A DNA stretch of 64,000 bases from Octopus sinensis (Eukaryota). Below, piece by piece: positions 36,546 to 51,445 of this stretch. Position numbers and translations under genes: made by a program. The stretch is from positions 68,634,001-68,698,000 of the forward strand of contig NC_043004.1 of the NCBI RefSeq assembly GCF_006345805.1, given 5' to 3'. The stretch's first letter is position 1. The number at the start of each line of letters is the position of its first letter. The notes below the pieces were generated by a model. That model made no database searches and was not told the DNA's origin. It saw nothing but the letters and a program-made list of their open reading frames with translations.

Positions 36546-37227
36546 GGTAATAAAATTCTAGAATGTAGGAGAGAATTTTTCTGTGGAACAACGAAAATGA
36601 TGTTATAAACCATCAATAATGAACTATTGACCTGGAATTCTGATTTTTATTCTTCGTCAGGTGGGAAGGCAATACAGGTGGGAAGCTTCCGAGACAGACT
36701 CGAAACTGAAAGGAAGACATACTGAAGCAAGAAACCGAACTCAATGCTTGCAATAAAATGAGTTCTGCTAAATATACCCTGGCATCTGAGCACCCAAAGC
36801 ACCAGGTGGGAGTGATAGAATAAGTCTTCCACCCAAGTAGGATATAGTGGGATTTGAACTTAGATCAAAAGAGCGGGAAGAAATACTGCAACGCATCCTG
36901 CTAGCTGTTCTTACAATACCGCTATGGATTGGGTTGGTATTTTATATATCAACTCCGAAAGAGAAAAAAAAAGTAAAATTAATTGTGGCGGAATTTGAAC
37001 TCAGAGCGCACAAATACCGTCAAGACTTCTGTGTGTTACTTGTGATTATTCTGCCAATATGCTGCTTATAAAGGATTAAGATAGCCAAGTAAAGTAAGAG
37101 TCTGGTGTTAGCTGTGGTTGCCTGTTTTCGGCAAAGATATGTAGACGGTGATGCTCAAGAGTCGGAGTAAGTTCGTATATAGGTAATGGATGAAAGAGTA
37201 ATCAGCTATTCCGAGCTCCTCGTTTGA

Positions 37228-37259
<32 letters not shown>

Positions 37260-37267
37260 CATCTATC

Positions 37268-37334
<67 letters not shown>

Positions 37335-37727
37335 ACACACACATATACACATAATATACATATATGTGAATGTGTTGAAGGAGAGAGAGAGAGAGAAAGT
37401 GAGTGAGAGCGACAAGGAGAAAGCGAAAAGCGAAAGATGAGTTTTTAGTTGAGACATTTGTTTTACTCGTAATTCAAACATTCGTCATTTAGTTGCCAGT
37501 TGACGTTTTGCCGTCATTGCTGTCAAGCGATGATCCATCTCTATATAGGACCATATAACTTGCAGAACGGAACCTCAACGAGATGAAACGTAATAATCTC
37601 TGGAATAAAGAAGACATGAACCTACAGTTTCCATTTGATTTATCACTACCCTAATTGAATTTGACACCCCTTCTTGTCACTATTCTACACGTTATTAAAG
37701 GTTTGGTTTTTCACTGTCTTGTTACGG

Positions 37728-37754
37728 TTATCTATCTATCTATCTATCTATCTT

Positions 37755-37851
<97 letters not shown>

Positions 37852-37884
37852 ATACCTACCTATCTATCTATCTATCTATCTATC

Positions 37885-37938
<54 letters not shown>

Positions 37939-37945
37939 CATCTAT
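37728..37945. repeat. (TATC)n microsatellite
   Basis: Direct reading. Confidence 0.95.
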
Positions 37946-38687
37946 CCGTCCATCCATCCATCCGTACGTCCGCCCCTCACCCTAAAAGTGCTGGCCATGT
38001 GACAAAATTTGAAACGTATATTGTTGTTTGCTGTGAATAACAGCCTTTCGCGGAAACAATAAAAGTACTTGCATAGCAAGTGACTTCTTCTGAGATCGTG
38101 TGCAAACAAAAACAATGCAGCATGGAATTATGTCAGTGAACAGGTCGCGGTTTCAAGCGACGAAAATATTTCAACAAATTAAATTTAAATGTTGGAGTGA
38201 ATCTAACGGTTTTTGTGTGTTTTTCAATGAAAATATTTCCGTCCAGAATTACTGTACGCAATAGGAAACCAAAAGATGTTTTAGACTGAATTTCTCCTTA
38301 GAACATTTGAACGTCTCACACCATTACTTGGAACAGAGGAGAAGTTTGCTTAGAAACATAAAGAAACATTTATTTACCATTTTGATACATAAAATATATA
38401 AAACATAAGCACAACAAAATGGCTACCACATAACTGTACGGAGTAAGAAGTTTCTTCAGCAGCAGTAACATTAACATAAATACACAATCTTTCATATTAT
38501 TCATCAAAAAGCATACGAACAGATTTTGCAGAGGTACATAGACAAAGAAAAGGTAATAACTACATAGAATATTTTGAAGCGAAGTTTGAAACACGAAGCT
38601 GTGCATGCAGACATACATATATGTATATGTATACGCATTTATCAAAATTATACCATTATAAATAACATTATTACTAATGTGTGTTAT

Positions 38688-38729
<42 letters not shown>

Positions 38730-39291
38730 TAAATGCATAATACATACACACATTTATATATAGCTATGTAATATTATACGAAATATAAATATTAATAATA
38801 ATCTACCTTGTAAATATTATTAATATACATTTCTTATCATTGTAATCATTAATTAATATAATCTTTCTATGTAAGCAAGTAATGAATATATAAATATATA
38901 TACATTAATAAATGTAGATTATGTATTACCCGGGGATATTACACCAAATATCTCACTCGTTTATTTACAATAACTAGTATTTGCTTCTAAAAGACATCCG
39001 ATATATTTGTGGATTAAGACTTCGACAATTGATCTCATGAGATTCCTCTAAGGCTACCATACGAAGAAAACTTATACGCTTGTGTGTACTCATGAATGAA
39101 CATATGCATATATACATATGTAAGTGCCTGTGCGTATATGTGTGTGTTGTGTGTGTGTGTTGTGTGTGTGTGTGTGTGTGCATAACGTATTATATTATTA
39201 AGTGACTACTTATCCGTTACTTTAATATTCATTCTACTTGACATATTAAGTAATCTTTACTTTGTACCTAACTTTTCTTTGTTCCGCGTAC

Positions 39292-39352
<61 letters not shown>

Positions 39353-39668
39353 TATATATATATATATATAGATAGACAGATAGAAAGATATACATACATC
39401 CACAAATACACTAATATATATATATATATTATATATATATATATATATATATTATATAATATATATACATAAATTTATACATCTTTCTATACGCATACGT
39501 ATATATTTATATACATATATATGCATACATAAATACTCACACGCACGAATATGTATATATGTGTACATATATGTTAGCATATTCTATGATCGATTTATCA
39601 ATCTATCTATCTATCTATCTATCTATCATCTATCTATCTATCTATCTATCTATCTCTATCTATCTATC

Positions 39669-39752
<84 letters not shown>

Positions 39753-39805
39753 CCTATCTATCTATCTATCTACCTATCTATCTATCTATCATCTATCTAT
39801 CTATC

Positions 39806-39860
<55 letters not shown>

Positions 39861-40615
39861 CATCTATCCGTCCATCATCCATCCGTACGTCCGCCCCTCA
39901 CCCTAAAAGTGCTGGCCATGTGACAAAATTTGAAACGTATATTGTTGTTTGCTGTGAATAACAGCCTTTCGCGGAAACAATAAAAGTACTTGCATAGCAA
40001 GTGACTTGTTCTGAGATCGTGTGCTGAAACAAAAACAATGCAGCATGGAATTATGTCAGTGAACAGGTCGCGGTTTCAAAGCGACGAAAATATTTCAACA
40101 AATTAAATTTAAATGTTGGAGTGAATCTAACGGTTTTTGTGTGTTTTTCAATGAAAATATTTCCGTCCAGAATTACTGTACGCAATAGGAAACCAAAAGA
40201 TGTTTTAGACTGAATTTCTCCTTAGAACATTTGAACGTCTCACACCATTACTTGGAACAGAGGAGAAGTTTGCTTAGAAACATAAAGAAACATTTATTTA
40301 CCATTTTGATACATAAAATATATAAAACATAAGCACAACAAAATGGCTACCACATAACTGTACGGAGTAAGAAGTTTCTTCAGCAGCAGTAACATTAACA
40401 TAAATACACAATCTTTCATATTATTCATCAAAAAGCATACGAACAGATTTTGCAGAGGTACATAGACAAAGAAAAGGTAATAACTACATAGAAATATTTT
40501 GAAGCGAAGTTTGAAACACGAAGCTGTGCATGCAGACATACATATATGTATATGTATACGCATTTATCAAAATTATACCATTATAAATAACATTATTACT
40601 AATGTGTGTTATACA

Positions 40616-40657
<42 letters not shown>

Positions 40658-41067
40658 TAAATGCATAATACATACACACATTTATATATAGCTATGTAAT
40701 ATTTATACGAAATATAAATATTAATAATAATCTACCTTGTAAATAAATATTATTAATATACATTTCTTATCATTGTAATCATTATATTAATATAATCTTT
40801 CTATGTAAGCAAGTAATGAATATATAAATATATATACATTAATAAATGTAGATTATGTATTACCCGGGGATATTACACCAAATATCTCACTCGTTTATTT
40901 ACAATAACTAGTATTTGCTTCTAAAAGACATCCGATATATTTGTGGATTAAGACTTCGACAATTGATCTCATGAGATTCCTCTAAGGCTACCATACGAAG
41001 AAAACTTATACGCTTGTGTGTACTCATGAATGAACATATGCATATATACATATGTAAGTGCCTGTGC

Positions 41068-41111
<44 letters not shown>

Positions 41112-41223
41112 ATAACGTATTATATTATTAAGTTGACTACTTATCCGTTACTTTAATATTCATTCTACTTGACATATTAAGTAATCTTTACTTTGTACCT
41201 AACTTTTCTTTGTTCCGCGTACA

Positions 41224-41295
<72 letters not shown>

Positions 41296-41552
41296 GATAT
41301 ATATATATATAGATAGACAGATAGAAAGATATACATACATCCACAAATACACTAATATATATATATATATATAGATATATATATATATTATATATATATA
41401 TATATTATATATATATATACATAAATTTATACATCTTTCTATACGCATACGTATATATTTATATACATATATATGCATACATAAATACTCACACGCACGA
41501 ATATGTATATATGTGTACATATATGTTAGCATATTCTATGATCGATTTATCA

Positions 41553-41555
<3 letters not shown>
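37945..41555. repeat. Direct tandem duplication of a ~1.92-1.95 kb unit, delimited by (TATC)n arrays
   Basis: ccgtacgtccgcccctc occurs at ~37962 and ~39881; cacgcacgaatatg occurs at ~39539 and ~41491. The units differ mainly by small indels. Confidence 0.95.
38128..38178 (+). ncRNA. Hammerhead motif, G3-C8 variant (stem I 3' strand mutated); duplicate at 40051-40102
   Basis: ttatgtca GTGAACA g gtcgc ggtttcaa gcgac GAAA atat TT caacaaa. Stem III is the palindrome AAUAUU. Confidence 0.55.
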
Positions 41556-41607
<52 letters not shown>

Positions 41608-42469
41608 ATCTATCTATCTATCTACCTATCTATCTGTTTATCTATCAATCTATCTATGTGAGTGTGTATGTGTGCATCTCTGTGTGTGCGTCTGTGTGTG
41701 TGTCTGTGTGTGTATATAATAGAATAAATGTACTGATTATATGAATCTTACGTCAGCAAACATTATACTGCCATTGACCTTGCATACACACAGAAGCACA
41801 CACGCACACACGCACATACACACACACACACACACGAGAGTGTGTGTATAGATATGTATATTTATATATATGTATTATATGTTTATATATATACATATGA
41901 TACAGAGAAATATATACGTTTGTGTATATATATAGATATATATGTATAATATATATGCATGCATGCATATATGCATACACAAATATAAATATGATGTTTG
42001 TATACATACATATCTGTATATACATATAATTATTTATATATGTATATCTATCTATTTATCTATCTATCAGTACTTTGCTTCGATTAGCAAAGATGGTGTA
42101 CGTGCAGGATGAGTTACTACGAAAGCGCAGGATTGAACGGAACCTCCAATACACTTGTAAGAAAACTAAAAAATGCACAAATTATGTAAGACAAAGAAAC
42201 ATGTGCGTCTTTACAAGCGTACACGTGAAGATACAGACGAACTCATCAACGCATATAAGTACTTATGCATGTATGGTTATATATATATATATATACATAC
42301 ATATATATACACATATATATATATATGTATATAAATGTATATATATATGGACTCACACATACATATATTCATATGTATATGCATAGATACACATAAATAC
42401 GTTTATATATATAAAGTATGTATAATATATACGGCTTCCACTCTCTTACTGTTCCCTTTCTCTCTCTCT

Positions 42470-43199
<730 letters not shown>

Positions 43200-43200
<1 letters not shown>

Positions 43201-44170
43201 TTAACAGCATGAAATTAAGATCCAAGGCTGTGAAAGATTTCAGAACATTTATAAAGAGAAGGTGTTACAGCTGTTTCCGGGATATCTTATATATCCCTTC
43301 ATCGGAGACAGTGTGAGAAAATGGTTAAGCAATAATTGTTGTAGGTAAGATATGAAATAGAGAGTGAATTGGAGGAATGAAAATAGACGTGAGATATGCA
43401 GAGATATTGTATCTGCAGTTCCATTATTTAGGCAGAATGGTACATATATATAAGATTCTTGTACCTTGTGAGTAAGGTCCAATAGTATTTAAAATTGGTC
43501 ATTCCAAGCATAGAGTTTATAAACGGTGTATTTGAATCGATGGTTACTTTGAAGTGACGTTGAGGTCACTTCAAAATAACGATGTTTAGACGATTGCTTT
43601 ATATTCTGGACCAACATCCAAGAAGACCTAAGAATATTAAATTCACTTTTAAACAACTTACACACTTCCATAAAATTCACCATGGAACAAAACATAATGG
43701 AATTACAGTTTTTGGATATACTTTTAATTGAAGGAAATAACACTACAAAAACAGATCTCTTCTCCAAACATACATAGACTAATATTTGAGCTTTCGTTCT
43801 TCCCATCCCTTACATACGAAAAGAAACAACCTTTAATATGGCAAAAAGAATTTGTACGATAGTAATAGATGCATAATTAACGGACACAAGATTACAGGAA
43901 TTCAAAATATTTGTACAAGAACAAAAATATCCTACTAGTTTAATTGGCACAGCAATCAACAAAGCAAAAAACATCCCAACCACTACCCTAAGTGGAATAT
44001 AAACACACGAAAATAAATGTAAAAATGAACTCGTAAGTATTTTTTTATCATCACCCACAACCCAAGAAATCAAGACATCATCAACACTGCAAAGCGATAC
44101 CTCCCAATTCTTCAACATTCCTCAAAAATGAACCAATTAATAACAAACTGAAAATAATCATATATACACA
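43200..44170 (+). mobile_element. Penelope-like fragment (RT C-terminal half), preceded by a minus-strand HHR-bearing segment
   Basis: RCLDDCFIFW..SIKFTMEQ..LQFLDILLI..FNMAKRICTIV..TRLQEFK..YPTSLIGTAINKAK. Confidence 0.85.
43265..43310 (-). ncRNA. Degenerate hammerhead motif (CCGAUGA core, 7-bp stem II, ACAGCUGU stem III)
   Basis: Minus strand: tgtct CCGATGA a gggatat ataag atatccc g GAAA cagctg TA acacc. Confidence 0.45.
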
Positions 44171-44295
44171 GTATAAATATATATATACCGTATATATATA
44201 TAAGATTTATACGTTCATTAATACAAATATACGCATTAATATATATATATATATATACATATACAAATATATATATATACTTATATCTATATCTA

Positions 44296-44361
<66 letters not shown>

Positions 44362-45279
44362 TAGATAGCTAGATAGATAGTACACACACACACATACACC
44401 ACAGACACACACACACATATATATATTTTAGAAAATTGAAGATGAAATGTTAAATATATTTTATATTTGTAAACTTGCGAATCAGCACAACTGTCAAAGT
44501 TGCAGATGTGAAAATGACAGGAAAGACGAGAGGGAGAAAAATTGAGAAAGAGCAAGAGGCAGAGTGAGAGAGAGCGAGAGAGAGAAATAGAGAGTGAGAG
44601 ATAGATATAGAAAAATAGAGAGAGAGAGAATACAAAAGAAGAGAGAGAGAGATAGTTAGTAAGTTGTACGTCATCACAATATTTTGCAATTTTCTTCAAA
44701 TCAAAATATCAGATTCCGTTTTAGATTTATAAAACGAACGAAATATCTAGAAAATACAGCCTGCATTCAGAAGACGTCTGTAAGAACACATTGCTTGTAT
44801 TACAGAAATATAGCCGTCAGACGTATATTTTCTCATCTCTTTCAAATGTTTATGTCTAAAACAATAACACAACTAACCATAGAATCTTTAGAAATGATCA
44901 AAAGAAAATCTCTTTAGCAGGACTCTGTTTTAATGTTGTTCCTGCGCAGACAATATGGTCGGGCTATAAGCCACACACAAGAGCCGCCTGCCTTTTAGCA
45001 CTGTACATTGAATTATACAGGTTTCAAAAGAATAAATAATAATAATAATAATAATAATAATATTAATAATAAACAAAAAATAACAAAAATGCTCCTAAAA
45101 AATTCTGACCACCATTCCTATTGGACATATCTGTAAATGATAAAACAAACATTGGTGTCATGGCTATTAGACAGAAGAATTTTTTTAGAAAATACAAATT
45201 AACTGAAAATAATGTAGAAAAACCCCAAACAAATTGAATTACGAAGAATAAAAAAAAAACACGAAAAACATGCATAGAA

Positions 45280-45552
45280 AGAAAAACACAACAATGGTGA
45301 TTTTAGTGGTGGTGGTGGTGGTGATGGTGATGAGGATGATAATAATAATGATAATAATAATAATAATTATGATAATGATAATAATAATGATAATGATAAT
45401 AATAATGATAATAATAATAATAATGATAATAATAATATTAATAATAATAATAATAGTTGGGGTTAAAGCAAAAAATAAATAAAATGCAAAGTCAGTAATA
45501 ATAATAATAATAAAAATAATGAAATAATAATAATAATAACAACAACAACAAC

Positions 45553-45608
<56 letters not shown>

Positions 45609-45643
45609 TGATGATGCCGATGATGATGATGATGATGATAATG

Positions 45644-45692
<49 letters not shown>
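45280..45692. repeat. (TAA)/(TGA) trinucleotide field
   Basis: Direct reading. Confidence 0.95.
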
Positions 45693-45694
<2 letters not shown>

Positions 45695-45719
45695 GTTGGG
45701 GTTAAAGCAAAAAATAAAG

Positions 45720-46150
45720 TCCTATGGTGAGAACGAAGACTTGAGAGCCATCTTGAAGAGCTCGCGATACATGCAATCATAGACGGATGAATGCACTCTT
45801 AGAAAAGAAGATGAAGAAAGACACAAGAAAGAACTGCAAGACCAGTTCAGCATTAGAAACAAAGGAACGCAGGGAGTTAAAGTAGAGTTAAAACAAAAAA
45901 ACAAAGTAGTGTCAGGTAAAAAAAAAGAAAAACACAAAAAAAGACATACCAACAAAGAACGAATCAGTTATCAGCAAAATGGACTCTTTAAGAACAACGA
46001 AAGAAAAATTCTACAGACAAATTGAACAAGGAAGAGAAGATTCAGCGGTATGATATGCCAGATGCTGAAACAGCGAGAAAATTCTGGACAGAATCCCAGA
46101 GCAAAGAAGCTCAGCATATTATAAAGACAGCCTGGACGCGGGAATGAGTT
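45720..46150 (+). mobile_element. R4/Dong-like LINE fragment (pre-RT region)
   Basis: Degenerate YQQRTNQ..QQNGLFKNNE(R)KFYRQIEQ..MPDAETARKFWTE. Confidence 0.6.
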
Positions 46151-46192
46151 TCTAAGTAGCGATCATCATAATTCTTTTATTCTTTCTATATG

Positions 46193-46440
46193 TCTCAGTC
46201 ATCTGCCTGTGGCCATGCTGGATCACCGCCTTTAGTCGAAGAAATCGACCTCAGGACTAATTCATTCTTTGTAAGTGTAGTACTTATCCTATAGGTCTCT
46301 TTCACCGAACTTCGGTTGTCAAGTGATGCAGGCGGGTGGGGTGACAAACTCAACCATTTATACACGCGCGAGCACACACACATATATATACATATACGAC
46401 GGGCTTTTTACAGTTTCCGTCTACTAAATCCACTCTAGTA
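46193..46440 (-). mobile_element. SINE family A, 5'-truncated
   Basis: tcagtcat..ggccatgctggatcaccgcctttagtcga..ggttgtcaagtgatg..acgacgggctt..cagtttccgtctactaaatccactc. Confidence 0.85.
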
Positions 46441-46861
46441 TTTTCTGTTGTACACGTGGTCACAGAAAGATATATTCAAGTGAGATCTGAATTTCGTCTT
46501 CGTGTGTGAATGTAACACGACTAACGTTATTTCTTGTCCATTAGTTTTAAAAAAATGCTGACTTTTCTCAGATTTCATTTCATTTACCTGTAATCATGTT
46601 CAATGCTTTATTTTAATTCTTTACATGAAACATACCCGTATAGTAAAAAATAAGAAACAAACGGTGTACGTGTACAGTCAGCTTTTAGTCAAAACATGAC
46701 AGCGTGCAGGGAGACCCATATCTAACATTTCTGATGTTATGTATAAATTCCATTAAAAACCTATATAAAACTGCATTTTATATAGATGTGTAAGTTGTAT
46801 TATAAAACGTAAATACACAATAAACACATGTATACTACATACATACATAAATATATATATA

Positions 46862-46907
<46 letters not shown>

Positions 46908-47907
46908 GTATATATATGTGTGCCAAAGACAGAGAAAGAAGAGAGAGAGGAAAGAGAGAGGAGAGAGAAAGAGAGAGACAGAGACAGAGAGAGATGGGGA
47001 CGTCAGAGCGATGAAGAATGAGAGACAAGTAGGCGGAGAATGACACATAAGAAAAAATAGACGAGAAAAAGAGGCAAGAGTATCGAGAAGTAAGAAAAAC
47101 AGACAGGATAAAAAATAATGAAAGCAATATAAAAATATAAGATAAAAAACGAAATGAATTATATAAGGACAAACGAACAGACCGACAGACCGACTAAGAG
47201 AGACTAACAGACAGACAAGGAAATAAAGAAGAAATATAGAAGAAAATTAATGAATATATATATTGAGAGCAAGAAAGAAAGAATGAGAGTAGGAAGGAAA
47301 TAGGTAAAGTATAGAGAGAAAGAAAGAAAAATCTATGTTCTATTTTAGTTGCAGTTTTGTCATGAGGTGGACAAAACTGTCTGTCTGGTTCCATTATAAT
47401 CATTTGGACATGTCATAAGGAACCAATCCTTGCTGCTGAGTTCATGTTTTTGGCAGCTTGGAGGAGGAGGAGGAGGTTGTATCTTTGAACATATTTCAAC
47501 AGGAACTCCGCTTGGAAATAAGTGTGAAACATAAGGTGTGTTTCAATGAAGTCTTACTAAATGGAAATGTCCAGAATATGTCAGAAATATGACTTTTGTT
47601 CTAGATAAGTGCTGTGATTATTTTGAGAATTGTTCTTCGATTTATATTATTTACTGATTGATGTTAGTAATGAAATATTGGATGTTTTGGTTGGTCGGTC
47701 TGTAGAGCATCACGTGTTAACAGTTTAGAGTAACGCGTCGAAGTACATAAATTATATGCACGCTTACACATACGCATAGATGCACACGTACGTACATGCA
47801 TACATATATTACGGATGTGTGTGAGTGCTTGTATATATATATATATATATAATATATATATATATACATGGATATATATGTATACACACACACACACATA
47901 TATATAC

Positions 47908-47975
<68 letters not shown>

Positions 47976-48085
47976 TATATATACATATATACACAAATAT
48001 ACATATACCTATATACATACAGATATATATAGCTATATGCATATATATATTTGCATATATATATATATATAGGTATATATAGAGG

Positions 48086-48117
<32 letters not shown>

Positions 48118-48277
48118 AATATATATAATATTATATATATATACCTATATATATATATAACCTATATATATATATACCTATATATATATATACCTATATA
48201 TATATATATACCTATATATATGTATATATATATATACTTATATCTATATACCTATATATATATGTATATATATATAT

Positions 48278-48410
48278 AGGTGCAGGAGTGGGTGTGCAGT
48301 AAGTAGCTTGCTTACCAACCACATGGTTCCGGGTTCAGTCCTACTGTGTGGCACGTTGGGCAAGTGTCTTCTACTATAGCCTCGGCCGACCAAAGCCTTG
48401 TGAGTGGTAC
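48278..48410 (+). mobile_element. SINE family A head, interrupted by a PLE fragment
   Basis: ggtgcaggagtg..accacatggttccgggttcagtcc..cctcggccgaccaaagccttgtgagtgg. Confidence 0.9.
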
Positions 48411-49505
48411 CCATCATCGACCCTATCACATCACCGAGTTTTTCACCTGCACTTCTACCAATGTCATCTACTACATCTCCTGCTGTCTCTGCCCTTCTCT
48501 ATACATCGGGAAAACGGGACGCCGCTTCGCTGACGAGTTCGCGAAACACCTCCGAGACATCCGACTGGCAATGACACCCCGGTCTCGCGCCATTTTCGCC
48601 CTACCGGTCCCTCTTTGCAACACCTGTCAGTGTTCAGATTGTCTTTGCACAGGTGCCATCCGGACTACCGTTTGCGCCGTGAGCGGGGATTTACCTTCTA
48701 TCTTCGCTCCTTTGCGCCATATGGGCTCAACTTTCCTGCCCTCTTCATCTAAACTCCTCCCCTTGCCTCTCTCCCCGTCACACCTAATTCCTCACACCCA
48801 CCTCTCTTCTCTTGCTCCAACTCATACTTCTCTTCACTCCTACTCTCCTTCTCTCTTCTCTTCACTCCTACCCACCTTCTCCTTCCCCTCCCTCGTAACC
48901 CTACCTACCCCTACAGATTCTACCCCCACCTTCCCTATCCTTCCCTTCCTACCCCACCTCATCCCTTATACCCACTTCCACATACACCACCTCTATCCCC
49001 ACCCTCAACCAACTCACATACCCAACCTCTACCCCCACCCTTAGCCTAACCCATACCCCATCTTTGCTTTCCTCATTCTCGCCTCCTCCACCTCCTAACA
49101 CCATCACACTACACACCACTGTACACCACCACGTAAACACTAGCACTGACCACTTTTCAGCCCCATAGCGTCACACCTACACATACACACGCACGCATCA
49201 AGGTCACCAGCCCTCTTCCACACGAACATACCTACTCTCTTATACTTACGCACGCACACCCTCATTTTGAAATCACCACAACTTTATTATCTCCCCTTCT
49301 TCCTAGCACTCCTATGTGACCTTTGTGTCCAGCACTCGCCATGATAGATCGCGAGCCACTACACATTCTTTATTTTCTCTCCTTGCTTCTTTTTGTGTTC
49401 CTTTCTGTGGAAGAGCGTAGGCTCGAAAAGTGAAAACATTTTCACTTTCCGAGCGTTAAACTAATACAGCTGTTTGTTGTCTACACCATCTGTTTTCCTC
49501 TTTTG
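48411..49505 (+). mobile_element. Penelope-like 3' fragment from a distinct GC-richer subfamily (GIY-YIG plus 3' repeat)
   Basis: FTCTSTNVIYYISCCLCPSLYIGKTGRRFADEFAKHLRDIR, then a pyrimidine-rich tract and an HHR-like motif near 49401-49436. Confidence 0.85.
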
Positions 49506-49524
49506 TTTATATATATATTATATA

Positions 49525-49720
49525 TATATATTATAAAGCCTGAGAAAGTGTCTGTCTCTCTGTCTGTCTGTGTTTCCCTAAAACCTGAGAACTACACAAC
49601 CAATTTCCTTCAAATTTTACACATGCCTTACTTAGGGCCCAGGGAGTGTCATCGGCAAAAGAAATGTTCAACCTCTTGCATACGGCGAGCCCATAGCAAT
49701 ATCATATCTTCTCCACTATT
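49525..49720 (+). mobile_element. Possible non-autonomous Helitron/HINE-type 5' end
   Basis: tattataaagcctgagaaagtgtctgtctctctgtctgtctg..gaactacacaaccaatttccttcaaatttt resembles invertebrate Helitron-derived elements (from memory of the family, no search run). Confidence 0.4.
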
Positions 49721-50229
49721 TCAGTATTACGTGTTAAAAGTGAAACAAAAACATCTCTCTATTTTACGTCAGATACTTTCACTTTAACAATAAAATTAGA
49801 GATAATAATAACAATTGAATTATATGTAGTAAGTAATAATTAAAATCAAACTAAAGTATAATATAATCGTAGCATAACAAAAGTAAAAATAGCAATTGGT
49901 GTAAAATTGCATCAATGAATAAGTGGTTTCACTTGAATGGGAATAAATTGAAAATAAAATTAGCGTGCAGAAATGGAATAGTCCAGATGGACTATTATAC
50001 ATAATGGACTATAGCTTCAACTGCGTACTGTTGTTATTATTATTATTGCTTAACTATTGTTTCACGTTTGTTGGTTCCTCGTAAGGAAACGTTTTTTGTG
50101 TTGCTTTGTTAATAATTGTAAACTGTAACCCTCCCCCTTTGGGAGAAGGAGCTTTGGTTATTGTTTAAAAATTGAATTGTATCCCTGTTTGGGGAAATTG
50201 ACAATATTTTCACCGTTTACACGGAAGCA

Positions 50230-50750
50230 TTTTTGTTAGAATGCCTTCGATAGAAGAAAGTCCAAAAATGAATTTCGCTGCAGCCGTCGGTGGGCGCGAA
50301 CTCATTAAAATTAAAATGGAAGAAATACAAACCTATTTCGGATTGATTACCGACAAAGACGGTGAATCTAGGATAACACCACCAAACGAAATAAAAAATT
50401 AAATTAAAGAAAAGACTATTGTCTATACAATGTAGAGAAAAAAAGATTTGAACACCTGGAGGAAAGCACAATCGAAAAGTGTCTTGGTGCGACTATAGTC
50501 GCGGAAAATACGCAACAATATAAGGAAGGTTCGAGTCAACGGAGTGTGCAAGGGAGTACTCGACTCGAACCTTGCAAAGTGGAAATATTTTATTTTCACC
50601 TTTATATTTGGGATATAGGACGTCCCGGATAAAAATTTAAATGTACCCTCAGAAGTAGAGGTAGGCTGGATTGTAGCCACACTTCAATACAAGAGGGAGG
50701 ACAAGATACCATTGATCGAAATTGCAAGAGACGGGCCTACAATTCCAGTC
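50230..50750 (+). mobile_element. Possible degenerate LINE ORF1 (gag-like) remnant
   Basis: MPSIEESPKMNFAAAVGG.. and ..VPSEVEVGWIVATLQ.. in shifted frames. The resemblance is weak. Confidence 0.3.
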
Positions 50751-50922
50751 TGTTAAATGTTTTGATTATTGTTATCACTAGCGATATCAAGATATAACTT
50801 TGTATTTTGTATGTTATGTGTAGCTGTATATATATAGATGTACATGTAATATGTACACATATATATACACATATATACATGCACTAGCACTATGACCCGG
50901 CAACGACGTATCATAATGCTAG

Positions 50923-50963
<41 letters not shown>

Positions 50964-51104
50964 CACATACATACATATATGTCGAAGCAAATGCATAAAA
51001 CAATAAATTAACAGTTAAATATTACTTACTATTATATATAGCTTTACATATGTGCTTCAATATATTCCCCAAAAGAATTAGTTCATGTTCTCTATCTCTC
51101 TATG

Positions 51105-51445
51105 TATAGTCGAATAAATCGACAACAGGACTTTGGCTTTCAGCTTACTACTTATTCTATCTGTCACTTTTGCCGAACCGCTAAGATACGGAGACGTAAA
51201 CACACCTACTACGGTTGTCAAGCGGTGGAGGACAAACACAAAGACCAAAGCAATTGCGCGCACACACACACACATACACATATATATGTATTGGACGGGT
51301 TTCTTTCAGTTTACGTCTAACAAATCCACTCACAGGGCAGTGGTTGGCCCTAGGCTATAGTAGAACATACTTGCCTAAGGTATTACGCTGTGGTACTGAA
51401 TCCAGAACCATGTGGGAAGCGAGTTTCTTGCCGCACATCCGTGCA
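51105..51445 (-). mobile_element. SINE family A, degenerate near-full copy
   Basis: tacttattctatc..ttttgccgaaccgctaag..cggttgtcaagcggtgg..ctttcagtttacgtct..ggctatagtagaac..agaaccatgtgg. Confidence 0.85.

Noticed and set aside
48346-49044. 232-aa ORF as a host gene
   Set aside because: It is a chimera of a SINE head, a PLE GIY-YIG fragment and a pyrimidine-rich low-complexity tract.
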